DNA from: Balamuthia mandrillaris
Lineage: Eukaryota
Assembly: GCA_031835245.2 (NCBI GenBank)
Contig: JAVKOQ020000024.1
Location: 186,001 to 250,000, forward strand
Direction of reading: 5' to 3'
Length of the DNA: 64,000 nucleotides
Both the position numbers and the translations under genes were made by a program. The notes beneath the pieces were generated by a model. The model saw nothing but the letters and a program-made list of their open reading frames with translations. It searched no databases and was not told the DNA's origin. Numbering within the stretch: position 1 is the stretch's first letter; each line of letters opens with the position of its first letter. Below are positions 1 through 12,256 of this stretch, one piece after another.

Positions 1-315
1 TGGAGCCAGAGGCGAGGACTTGTATGTCCTTTCCACCGACCAAACGTTTAGCGCTTGGAACATTGACAAAGTCGATACTCTCCTTTGCTCCGTTTTCTCT
101 TTCATCCTATTTTCTCACGTTTGTTTTTCTTCCAGTGCGAAGAATTGGTCAAAGTAAAAGATGCAAGAGAAGCTCTCTCAGTGGATTATTACATCGATTG
201 CTACTACCACGCCCCCACTGAAAAGCTGTTGTTGTTCAGCGGCACCAATGCGTACTCTTTCTTCTTCCTTCTTTATCGCTTTTCTTTTTCTTCTCCTTCT
301 CGCTTTATTAATTTC

Positions 316-353
<38 letters not shown>

Positions 354-635
354 TCTCTCCGCAAAAAAAAGCGGACAAGTATCAATCATTGAGGTGACCA
401 GTACGGGAATGGTGCCGTTGCAACGGCTGAGCGGAGGACACACTTCCATCGTTCGATGCTTTGATTGGGACGTGCAGGTTTGTGTCTCTTTCCCTTTGGC
501 CCCTTTTTTTTTTCGTGTTGTCCCCTAGTTTGCTAAAACCTCTTTTCTTTGGTTGTTATATTCACAACGCAGAACCACAACATTGTAACCGGCGGCGAAG
601 ACTCTTGCATCTCCATGTGGACTCTCTCCTCCTAA
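1..635 (+). CDS. WDR89: WD40-repeat protein, WDR89-like (3' partial, spliced)
   Basis: Spliced exons give ...LYVLSTDQTFSAWNIDK/...VDYYIDC.../...GGHTSIVRCFDWDVQ/NHNIVTGGEDSCISMWTLSS* (TAA 633-635). The final repeat resembles the WDR89 C-terminus (GHxxxVRxFxW...xTGGED). Confidence 0.7.
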
Positions 636-907
636 CACACAAAAAAAAGATCATCTCTTTGCGTATTTGATTTTTTACTGGACGTTTGTTTTAAAAAAAA
701 ACAGTAAGATCACAAGTTCCTTTTGTTATTATGACGTGGTAAATTACGTTTTATGGTATATTTAACGTCATACCTTCTTTTTAAGGTTAAAACATGTGTC
801 CGATGACGTAACTTGTATCGTTTTTTGTCGACAAACGAAAATTATTTTTCTTTTTCTTTTTTCTTTTTTTTCAGTTTCACCAACAAAAAAAAAAGAGAGA
901 GAGAAAG

Positions 908-1445
908 ATGGAGTCTGCTGCTGCTGCCGCTTTTGATGTGGAGAAGACCAAGGGTTTCATCGAACAGGTGTGGGATGACAGCATCGTCCCCGCTTTGTGC
1001 GAGTACGTCAAGATCCCCAACCAATCCCCTCTCTTTGATCCCCAGTGGGCCACCAATGGTTACATGGACCAAGGTAAACGCCACGCCCACACACACACAC
1101 ACTGCCCTCACAAGCAACAAGCCTCACTTCTTTGTCTTAAAAAAAACTTTTTCGATTACTTTTTTATTTATATCTTATTATTTTATTTATTTTATCTGAT
1201 TCGAACCCCCTTTTTTTTTTGTGTGTGACACTAGCCATCCAACTGGAAGTGGACTGGGTGAAGAAGCAACAAGTGCCTGGCCTCGAAGTGAAGGTAACAC
1301 CCATCTCTGTTCTATGGACGTATTTTTGTTGGAAAGCTGAAATGCTGCTGCTGCTACCGCGCAGGTTATCACCGCCCCTGAGAGGACGCCCGTCATTGTT
1401 CTCACCGTGGAAGCCACCACTGAAAACAAAGAGTATTCCTCTCTT

Positions 1446-1500
<55 letters not shown>

Positions 1501-3355
1501 CTGTATGGTGCACAGGCTGAAGTGTTCTCTGCTCCTTCTCCTCGCTCTTTTCTTCCATGCTTCTCTGCTTCTCTCTTTCTCAGCTTCTCAGTGCTTCTCT
1601 GCTCCTCTCCTTCTCCGCTCTTTCTCTTCTCTTCTATTCTTGTTGCTTGTTTTCTTACGGAAACTCAAACGTTACACAGGGACACGGTGTTGCTTTACGG
1701 CCATTTGGACAAGCAGCCTCCCTTGACGGAAGGCTGGGAGGCAGGCATTGGCCCTTACACCCCTGTCATCAAGGACGGCAAGCTCTACGGCAGAGGCGGA
1801 GCTGATGACGGCTACGTATGTTTGTCTTTGTTGAGTTTAGCTGTGTGTTTCTTGTTTTCTGTGTTGGTGACTCACCCTATCGTTCTTTTTTCAATCTACA
1901 AGTCCATCTTTGCGGCAGTCACCGCCATCAAGGCTCTCAAAGAACAAGGTGAGAAAATCGGTGGAATGCTTTTCTATGTTAGCGTCCAAGTTGCTCATTC
2001 GTTTCTTTGTTTTTGTGGTTGCGTATTTGCGTAGGAGTTCCTCATTCGAGATGCGTGATCCTTGTGGAGGCCTGCGAGGAGAGCGGCAGCCGAGACCTGC
2101 CCTTCTACATAGAGCAGTTGCGTGACACCATCAAAACGCCCTCTCTCATCATCTGCTTGGACAGTGGCTGTGGCAACTATGATCAAGTGCGTTTCTTCTT
2201 TTACTTTTTCTTTAATTACTAATACGGGTTCTTGTTTTTTATGCTGAGAGCAGTTGTGGCTCACAACATCTCTTCGTGGAGCGGTTGTTGGCACCCTCCA
2301 AGTCAAGGTCTTGACGGAGGGAGTCCACAGCGGAAAGGCCAGCGGTATCGTGCCCTCTTCTTTCCGCATCCTGCGCCACGTGCTCAACCGCCTGGAGGAC
2401 AGCGAGACCGGAAAGATCATTCCAGAGTGCTTCTACTGCCCTATTCCTGAGCAAAGATTGGTTCAGGCCAAAGAGGCGGCTGAGACCTTGGGAGAGGAGC
2501 TTCACACCACTGTATGTCTTAGCTCTTATCTCTCTCTCTCTCTCTCTCTCTGTCTCTGTCTCTCATCGTCTCGTGGCTGAACTCTCTCTTCGCATATCCC
2601 GTTACTCATCTTTTCCCTTTTTTTTGCGTTTCATAACAGTTCCCATGGGCCGGCAAGACCAAACCTGTCACTCATGACCTGACAGAGCTGCTTCTCAATG
2701 AGTGCGTGTTACTCTGAATGTTGAGTTCTTGATCTTTGCTTATTTGTTTCTCATTTATAACTATTTTCAAGGACGTGGCGCCCTCAATTGTCCGTGACTG
2801 GTGTGGCCGGCATGCCCACCCTGGAAGCTGCCGGTACTTTATCTTTTCTATATGTATTCTTTCTGCTCTTTTTTCTTGTCTTTGTTTTATTTTGTCTTTT
2901 GTGGATTTTTTTGTTACTTGCTCTTGTGGGGGCTTTTTCTTGAAGTAGAAACCTTATAAACAACGACAAATAGGCAACGTGTTGCGAACTCACACGGCTG
3001 TAAAGCTCTCTCTACGTATCCCGCCAAACGTGCGTGCCAAGGAAGCCTCTGACAACCTGAAGGCGCTCTTTGAAAAGGATGTTCCTTACGATGCTGAGGT
3101 TTACTTCTTCTTCTCCTTCTACTCCTTCTCTTCTTCTTCTTTCTTGTTGTTCTTCCTTTCTTCTTCTCTCTTCCTTTTTGTTTTATATGTTTAGTTTCAG
3201 GCGCAAACAAAAACATAATAACATGAAAAACTAACAGGTGGCTTTCATTCCGGATAAGTCGGCCACTGGATGGGAGTCTCCCCAAGTGGTAGACTGGCTC
3301 AAAGAGTCTTTGGACAAGAGCTCCAATGCTTTCTTTGGCAAGGGCGCTTGTTGTA

Positions 3356-3403
<48 letters not shown>

Positions 3404-3808
3404 ATCTCATCCCCTTAGGCTTGCATTTCTTTGTTGCTTCTTTTTTCTTTTTTGTTTTATTTTTCTTTCATCAAACACCTAACAAGACCAAGGAGAAGGA
3501 GGCAGCATTCCATTCATGGGCATGCTCGGTGAACTCTTCCCCAAGGCTCAATTCATGATCACAGGTAACCTCTTTACCTCCATTCGGCGCTTTCCTTCGT
3601 TTTTCTTGTTTTGGCTTTTTTTTTGTTCCTCCTCCTCCTCCGATCTGCCACATAAAACTGATGTTGTCCTTCAAAAAACAAAAAAGGTGTGTTGGGTCCC
3701 AACTCCAACGCGCACGGCCCCAACGAGTTCTTGCACATCAAGATGGGCAAAGGCGTCACCTACTGCGTGGCTTCCGTTCTGGCGGACCAAGCCCACCACC
3801 AGGCCTAA
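908..3808 (+). CDS. M20/M25/M40 family metallopeptidase (dipeptidase/DapE-like), multi-exon
   Basis: Motifs IPNQSPLFD, LYGHLDKQPP, GKLYGRGGADDGY, EACEESGS, CLDSGCGNYDQLW, GVHSG, GEGGSIPF and NAHGPNEFLH lie across GT-AG exons. ATG at 908, TAA at 3806-3808. Confidence 0.93.
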
Positions 3809-3816
3809 AATTTCTA

Positions 3817-3873
3817 TCATGACGACACGATTTGGTACCATGACGACCTGAGGTCAGACTCGGGACGACATGA
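3817..3873 (+). promoter_or_regulatory. Three tandem YCRK-GACGAC-VYGA motifs upstream of the RasGEF gene
   Basis: tcatgacgacacga (3817), ccatgacgacctga (3838) and tcgggacgacatga (3860), spaced 21-22 bp apart. Confidence 0.45.
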
Positions 3874-4189
3874 AGTTAATTAATTTTAGAATTGGAGGGA
3901 AATGATTGGCCCGTTTTTGAGTAACGCAACAAATAAAAATATAAAAAAATATATAAAAAAGAAAGAGAAAAATAGTTAGAGGGGCGGGCGGCGGAGTACC
4001 GAAAAGATCGGTAGCGTTGTTCTTTTTTTTTTCTGACTTCCTTTTTTTTTTGTTGATTGCAAAAAAAAAGCATATTAGATTTATTATAGAAGAGGTTCGT
4101 TTTTATCTTAGCTTTTTTTTTGGTGGCTTTATTAAGAAGAAGAGCTAAACAAAACAGAGGGAAAAAAAGGGGGCCGACAAAGAGGTTCG

Positions 4190-6270
4190 ATGGCGGATCA
4201 GAAGCTTCGTGCGGACCGCAGGAAAAGCACGCGGCAAGCACAAAAGGGCACTTTTGACTTTTGGCACAAGCTCGACCGGGAGGCCAGCTCTCGCACCCTC
4301 ATTGCCAACAAAACCGCTCGATTATTCGACACCAGTAAACTTCTCTCTCTCTCTCTCTTCTTTACCGTTTCGTCTTGTTTGCTTTGTTTGTCTTTTCTTT
4401 TCTTTTCTTTTCTTTTCTTTTCTTTTCTTTTCTTTTCTTTTCTTTTCTTTTCTTTTCTTTTCTTTTCTTTTCTTCTCATTTTTCTTTCTTTTCTTATAGA
4501 AAAAGAAACAGAGAAAACGGAAGCCTCGCCTCCGACTCTCAGAAAAAGCTTTTCTCCTTTTGTTCTTCGAAGAGGACCCTCCAAACCTTCTTCCTCTTCC
4601 TCTTACGAAGAGCTCCGCTCTGCAAAGAAGAAAGGTTCCAACAATGGAACGGAAACGCAGAGCAAGCTGCAAAAAGCCCAACAACAAAGAGGAGCAAAGA
4701 ACAAAACCAACAACAACAACAAAAAGAAAAAGACCAACAAAGAGGAAGAGAAGAGCTCAACGCCCAAAAAGAAGCGACGCAAACAAAAGGAGAACGAAGG
4801 AGGGTCCGCTTCCTCCTCCTCTCCGTCTTCATCGCCAATGATCACAACAAAGGGAGAAGTAAGACAGAAACGGAGGAGAAGCGCCGAAATAAGCTCGCTT
4901 CGACCGTTCGGAGCCGAAACGCTGTTCGACAAGGACAAAGAAGAAGAGGCCAAGGAGATCGCAGCCATACGGACCGACTTTTACTCCAGCAACTTTCATC
5001 ACTCCTTGCCCGTCCTCAAGCCCTCGGAGCAACAGCATCCCATTCGCCGGTCCTTGTTGGAGGTGCAGCAGCATTGGAGCCACGTTCGAGCGGAGGAGGA
5101 ATGGAGCCAGAGATGGGTGGAGGAGAAGCGGAAGCGAGCGAATGTTGCTCGTGCGCTGCGGAAGGAGAGGAAGCGGAGAGAGGAGGCGGAGAGGGAGTTG
5201 CTGCTCGCGAGAAAGGAGAACGAAGAGTTGAAGAGTGAAGTGGAACGTTTGCTGGCTCTTCTTCCCTCCTCATCCGGACAAAACGAGGACGAGGATGCCA
5301 ACGAAAAGAGCAAAAGGAAGAAGAAAGCGGGTCCAACGAAAACATCGAGCGTGCCTTCTTCTCCACGCTCCGTTTCTTTGGATGGAGGAACGGGCGCCCC
5401 GTCTCCTCTTGCCATATCAGCAGCGGCCACGTCTTTGTTGACGGTCGCACAACAAGAGAACCTTCGTTCCACGCTCATGCGCCGCGCCTCCATGGGAGAA
5501 GCTCCCAAGAAGCACTTGAAGATGAAGTCATCCGGAACGACGATGGTACCGCCAAAGATGCAGAGAAAAGGATCCAGCCATTCCCTCGCTGTTGCCAACA
5601 AGAAAGCGGGTGTTCAAAAGAACGACTCCTCCTCTCTTCGAACCACCACCAAAGCGGGTCGTTCTCTTTCCTCTTCGACCCCGTCGGAGCTTAATGCGAA
5701 TAACGAGAAGAAGAAGAAGAACAACAACAATAACAACAATAACAACAAGCCGAAGCAGAAGAAGAAAGGATCGAGCAGCGATACGGAAAACAAGTTGCAG
5801 CTCTCACTCGATGTTTCGCTCTTGCCGGAGAGACAAAGAAGAGCGAGCGACAAGACCACGCCGACAACAGCAACCACAACCACCAAGAGAAAGTCCAGTC
5901 TTGAACGATCGTCAAAGACCACGCGAAGAGCGAGCCTTAGCGCTCCTCTGGATCGGTCCGTGTTGGCGGAGCAGGAGGAGGAAGGAAGAGTCAAGGAGGA
6001 GGAGGAAGAGGAGGTGGAGGCGGAAGCGGAAGCGGAGAAGAGCGAGAAGAGCGTTACCGAGGGAGACGAACAAGAAGACACCGAGGAAGATCTCTCTATC
6101 CCGAGCCCGAGGATACAAGAAATAACTGGAGGAAGGATCAGGGTGCCCTCCATGTTCAGCCATGGAAGCAAAGTCTCGCAGTCGTTCATTTTGAGGAAGG
6201 CCGATGATCAGCAGGACGGTGACTCGAGCGATGGCTCTGGTCTGTAGTTTCGCTTCGTTTTTTTTTTTTT

Positions 6271-6312
<42 letters not shown>

Positions 6313-9300
6313 CTAAAAAACCTATAATAGGGTCGGGAAATGGCGATAGGAAGAAGAAGTGGGGAGAGGTCTACAGGCAGAAAAGCAAGGACGACCTCCA
6401 CTTGCTCATCTCCCCTAAACGGTCCAACCGGAGCTCCTCTTTTACCGAAAAGAGCGATGGAGAGGCCAGCTCCGCCTCCTCCACGCCTCGTGCTTCTCTT
6501 GACGAACCTACTCGCTCCTTCAGCGTACGTTCTCTCTCATTGTTTCCTCCTTACTGTTCTTCCTCCTCCTCCTCCTTCTGCTTCTGCGTTCTCCTTCTTG
6601 TTCTTGTTCTTCTTCTCCTTCTCCTTCTCCTTGTTCTTGTTGTTGTTGTTGTTGTTCTTCTTCTTCTTGTTCTTCTTCTTCTTCTTCTTCTTCTTCTTCT
6701 TCTTCTTCTTCTTCTTCTTCTTCTTCTTCTTCTTCTTCTTCTTCTCTTCTCACGCCTTAAACATAGACTCCCTCAACACCGGGCTCCAAAGACAAGAAGC
6801 CCAAGAAGAAATGGAAACGCCGAAACACCGCCCAGAACCTCCACACGGTCCAATCCGAGCGCTCCATGGGTCTTATGGAGGAACGTCTCAGCACGCTCCT
6901 CGAGGCGCGCCCTACCCGCTCCCAACTGGTCAAGCAAAACCTGTTGGAGGGGAGCGTCTTTGGGGTGGCTCTGGAGAACATGATCATCGAGCAGGGAGAG
7001 GAACTTCCTTGGTTCATCAAAGAGTCGGTCAACCTCTTGAAGCGAAAGGTCAAAACGAAGGACCTGTTCATAGCGGAGGAGAACGACCACAAAGAACGGC
7101 AAAAGCTGCTCTCCCTCAAAGAGTCGATCAATGCGGGGAGCAAGAACAGAGAGGAGTTGGAGAGCATCGAGCCAGTTCTGTTGGCGGAGTTATTGAAGTT
7201 GTTCTTGAAAGAACTTCCGGAGCCGCTCATCCCTGCCTCGCTTTATAATCCCTTTATTGACGCTGCCGGTTTGCTCCCTTGTTCTTGTTCTTGTTCTTGT
7301 TCTTGTTCTTGTTCTTGTTCTTGTTCTTCTTCTTCTTCTTCTTCTTCTTCTTCTTCTTCTTCTTCTTCTTCTTGTTCTTCTTCTTCTTCTTCTTCTTCTT
7401 CTTCTTCTTCTCTCGTTTCATTGTTGTTTATGTACGCTTATCTCCATCCTTCCTTCTGTTCCTTCCTTTCGCTCTCTCAGAAATCAAGTTTCATACGTTC
7501 CGAGTGAACGCCCTCCACTCTCTCCTCTTCACGATGCCCAAGCTCAACAGAGACGTTCTTCGCGAGATCACCAGCCTCCTCTCCGAGGTCAGCAAACAGA
7601 AAGCCAACGGCGTTACGACCGGCAAATTGACCCCCGTTTTCGGGCCTCTCCTCCTTCGACCAGAGCAACTAGCCTCTTCCTCTTCGTCTGCTTCTCCGGA
7701 TGTCACCCGCAAGGGCGTTGCTTCCAAAGACGTCTCTTTTGCCTCCAACATCTTAACCATTCCCGACAGCAACAACGACAAAAGTTCAAACAGAGGGTCA
7801 AGCATCTTGGAAGCGTTGCAGCAAGATGACAAGAATACCTCCACAGAAAAAGAGAAGGGCAAGTCGGTCTTCTCGGAGCTCAAAGCGAGAGCGGATGAGA
7901 CGGCCACAAAGAAGAGTGCTGCGGTGGTGCATGAGCTGTTGTTGGAGCACGAGTTGCTGTTCTTCCAGATCGACAAACATATCAAGTTCCAGATGAAAGA
8001 TGGAAAGCTGCTGGTAAAGGCTTGTACTCTGGAGAAGCTGGTGGAAAAGATGGTCGATGAAAATTACCAAGGTTTCTTCCTCCTCGTTCTTGTTCTTGTT
8101 CTTGTTCTTCTTGTTCTTCTTCTTCTTCTTCTTCTTCTTCTTTGTTCTTTCTTCTTGTTCTTCTTCTTCTTCTTGTTGTTCTTCTTCTTCTTCTTCTTGT
8201 TGTTGTTGTTCTTCTTCTTCTTCCTCTTCTCTTCGTTTTACTAACTCTATTGTATAGAGGTTGGATTTGTGGAGATTGTCTTCTTCACACATACCTATTT
8301 CACCACGTCGGTGATCTTGTTGAAAAAACTTATCAGCCTGTACGTTAGCTTCCCTGTTTTCTTGCTTCCGCTGCATTCTCATTCTAATACGCTTCTACCT
8401 TTCTTTACAGTTATAACAAGAACAATACATTGCCCAATCTGGGCAGTCGCAATTGGCAGCACAAACTTCGGATAAGGTTACTATCTGCTTATTATACTCA
8501 TATGTGGTGTATATATTTTTTTAAACTCACACAAACAAACAGAGTATTGACGTTGTTGAAGAATTGGATCGTCACATACTTTTATGAACTCGGCGAGGAC
8601 CAAGAGTTCACAACTTTGTTGCAGGGTTTTGCGGACGTGCGACCCGGCTTGAAGGGCAAGTCTTCCACCATTCTCGAGGAGGAGAGCATCTTTGGCTTTA
8701 TTCGTGTTTACATGGCTTCTCTGGTTCGTTTTTTTTTTTCCTCCTCCGTTCCGTTCTATATCTCTTTTTCTTCTTTAAACTTACAACGACACAATCAACA
8801 GGAACAAAAGAAGCTACAAAAGAAACAAGAGCTGCGTTCCATAAGTTTCTATAAAGGCATTCCAGGAGTAAACATGGAGGCATTACGAGAGAAGAACAGC
8901 AAAAACCAAAGAAAGTCGAAAGGAGGAATAGGGGCAAGCCGACGAGAACGAAAGATGGAGAAGAAGAGAGAAAAAGAGGAGAAGAAGAGGGAGAAGAAGG
9001 AGCGGGAAAGAAAGGAGAAGGAGAAGAAGGAGAAGGAAAGAAAAGAAAAGGAGGAGCAGCAACGGAAAAAGAAAGAACAGTCAGAAGGAAAAGCCTGCCC
9101 CAAAGGGAAAAACGAGAAGGAGGAAAGGGAGGACAAAAATGCGGAAAGCGGAACCGAAACCAAAGAAGACGAACAAAGCGAAAAAGAGAACGAAACGGAG
9201 GAAGGAGAAACGGAAGGAGAAGACAGCCCTTCTCTTCACTCTGAACAAGAAGACCCGACGACAACGCCAACCACATTGACAACAATCTCGCCAACAGGAA

Positions 9301-10388
9301 CAACAATCACCGGTATGAATCACCAACAGTTGGCGGCAGAGAAGTTGGAGTTTCTCTCGCTCAGTGCCCAGGAGCTGGCCCAACAGCTCACCTTGATAGA
9401 TCACGAGCTCTTCAAGGTCGTTCCTTCCAAGGAGTTGGTCAAGAAGCGATTCATGGATGCAGAAACCTCTCCCCATTTTACCGCCTTGGTGAATCGTTTT
9501 AACTTGGTAAAGCTCTTTTCTTTCTCCTTCTTTCTTTCTTTCTTTTCATATTCTTACTTGTTTGGTGCAGACTGGACAATGGGTGGGCACAGAATTGGCC
9601 AAGTATCCAACACCGGCAGAGCGCGCTCAAGTGCTTGCACACTTTATAGAGATCTGTCAGGTTGGTAGCCACTTTCATTCTTTGTTTTGTTATTCATTTG
9701 CTTTGTTTTCTTCTTTCTAAAAACATTTTAAACTGATAAAACAAAAAACAGGAATGCTATGACATGAATAGTTTTAATAGCGTGTTTGCGTTGTTGGCAG
9801 GTCTTAACAATACCGCCATCTCTCGTTTGAAGCAATCGTGGGAGGTACTAATTATAACCATTCCTTTCTTCTCTTTTTTAAAACATTATACTCATCGTTT
9901 GTATTATTTAAAAAACAGAAAATACCAAAGAAAGTGATGAAGAAATACCACAACTTGATGACATTGGTCGACACGGATAAGAACTATCAGACCTATCGTC
10001 AAACTCTTGTCAAGACCAAACCACCCCTTGTTCCTTATCTCGGTACTTTATTCTTTGCTCTTTCTTCTCCTCTCTCTCTCTCTCTCTCTAATATATTCTT
10101 GAATGCTTTGCACTCCTCTCACTTTGCTTCTCAAACACAGCTTTATTCTCAAAGGACCTGTTCAGCGTGGAAGAAGGCAATCCCACCATGTTGGAGGATG
10201 AGATGGTCAACTTTGAGAAGATGCGCATGCTGCACAAGATAGCCCAAGACTTTGCCAGCTACCAGGTGCAATACCCCATTCCGATGGACCCCATGCTGCG
10301 CGCCTACCTCAAAGGCACCGAACCCCTCTCCGAGAAAGAGCTCTACGACATGTCCTATCGTTATGAGCCAAGGGTGACCACTTCCTAG
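4190..10388 (+). CDS. Large RasGEF: low-complexity N-terminus, RPEL motif, RhoGAP-like domain, REM and CDC25 domains
   Basis: Exons join in frame across introns such as 6240-6330 and 6525-6766. RhoGAP hallmarks are VFGVALE, LKLFLKELPEPLIP and VFGPLLLRP. REM hallmarks are VKACTLEKLVEKM and FFTHTYFTT. CDC25 hallmarks are ELAQQLTLIDHELF, FNSVFALLAGL..AISRLKQSW, PPLVPYLA and EEGNP..VNFEKMR. TAG at 10386-10388. Confidence 0.88.
4391..4474 (+). repeat. (TCTTT)n intronic microsatellite
   Basis: Perfect pentamer array in the first intron of the RasGEF gene. Confidence 0.95.
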
Positions 10389-11344
10389 TCCTCTAAACTG
10401 TTTTTTTTAACTCGCTGATGTTTGTTCATTTTTTTTTTTTTGATTTTGTACGATATTAATGGAAAGCAAAGAACAAAATAATTGTTTTGTGTGTTATAAT
10501 TTATAATTTTATTTTATTTTATTTGCGTAATATTTATAGCAGGAGGAAAGAAAGAAGGAAAGAAGAAAAGAAGAACGAGTAAATGCTTTTTTTTTTTAGT
10601 TTGGTAAAAGTAAAAGTACAGATTTTCTGATCGCAAAAAATCCACTGAAACACTTTTAAAAGACGTTGAGTAAAAGAAAGGGGGCGAGAGATGATTTGTG
10701 GAGGAAGAAGATGGCGTGCGATGAAGGAGGATCTTACGGGGAGAGGGAAGGAGGAGGGGGAAGATCCCACATGTAGACGGCAACAAAAGTTTGTTGAACC
10801 GAAATAAATGAATGCTGTGGTGGTGGGGGTAGTGGTTGGCAAACATAAAGAAATAAAAAATGGACATAGAAAGAGTTTAGAAAAAAATGAAGTAAGGGAA
10901 AAAGGAGGAAGGGGTCAAAATTGGGGTTGCCCAAGATCAGAGGTGATAAGGGCCGGAGGGTTGAGCGAACGGGGTAGATGGACGAATAGGGGTGGTTCCA
11001 AAGGCTGGATTCATCCGGAAGAGGCCTGAAGTATTTGATGATGGAGATATGAAGGCATTGGGCGTGTTAAAAAACAAATTTAAAAAAATTGGATCCGCTG
11101 GAAGAAGTGGTGGATTAGATGGGAGTTTGGGCTCTTGAAGGTATTTTTTTTTGTTTTTTTTAATCGCTTATTTTGTGTTTTTTTTTTTGTTTATGTTTTT
11201 CTTTTTTTTCTTTTTTTTGTTTCTTTTTCCTCTTCCTGTTTGTTTTTCATCTCTCTTCCTTTCTTGAAAAGGCGACTGAGAAAAGCAACCGCCAAAGTAG
11301 GGGAGTACACCTCACCTCTTGGGCTTTTTGATTTCCTCCTCAAA

Positions 11345-11443
11345 TCAGAGTCCCGATTCCTGTCCAGGTTCCACTTGGTCACCCGACAAAAACTGAAGTT
11401 GGTACACACTGATGAATGGAACCTACTTGTCAGCGACTGAGGA

Positions 11444-11484
<41 letters not shown>

Positions 11485-12214
11485 GAGGGAGAGAGAGAGA
11501 ATACCTCCAAATGTGCTCCAAACAATCCTCAAAATGAGGTAGCTCATAGCCAGTTAACCGTTGAAGATGGTAGGGCCATGCGGGACGCAGCTGGAGTTGC
11601 CGCCTCGCGGCCGCAAAGGCGGCAGAGGCCACGATGGAGGGGTAGGAGTTGACAAAGTTGTGATCTTTTTATGGAAAAGAGAGAGATCGAAGTATGAATT
11701 AATTAATTAGTTGTTGTTACCTTATTCGTGTTTTATCCGTAAAAGGAAAATACAACGAAAAATAAATCCGTGGACAACGAGACAAGACAAGAGCCAAGAC
11801 GGGAGAGAGAAGAAAAGAAAGTGGAAAAGAAAGTGAGAAAGAGGAAAGGACACGCAAAAAACGTACCATGCAAACAAAAGTCGACAAAGAACTCGGCGTA
11901 CTTGCGTTGGTAGCGCTGCACGAGGTGAACCTTCTCCGAGGGAATGGTACGGTCGTTCATTCGGTCCTCTGAGGGGTCCACCACGTTGCCCTTCTCCAAA
12001 AAGTACTCCAAAAAGTGCCGCGGCGTCAACACCATCAGCTCCCAGTCCAAGATCTGAAGGAGGAGGAGCTCCATCTTGCAGATGAGTTGTTCTGTGTAGG
12101 CGTCATCGCAGCAGCGATTCAGCAAAGTTGGAGAGGGTACGCTTTGTTCTTGTTCTTCCACTTTGGCTGCAACCCACCCAAAAAAAATGAGACAAGAAGA
12201 GAGAGTAAAGAAGA

Positions 12215-12256
<42 letters not shown>

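Noticed and set aside
3817..3873. Possible mini-CRISPR-like repeat-spacer array
   Set aside because: The units are 14 bp with 7-8 bp gaps, the context is eukaryotic and there are no cas genes. Better read as transcription-factor sites.
4190..6247. Stand-alone 685-aa gene ending at 6247
   Set aside because: The stop lies inside a GT-AG intron (6240-6330) and the frame continues into the RhoGAP/RasGEF exons.
6204..8382. ORFs with poly-Leu/Phe/Ser/Glu runs resembling membrane or secreted proteins
   Set aside because: They are read-through of intronic (CTT)n microsatellites.
10400..11340. Short ORFs or a separate gene between the RasGEF and cyclin genes
   Set aside because: There are no recognisable motifs or coherent exon structure. 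Most likely the cyclin 3' UTR and terminators.
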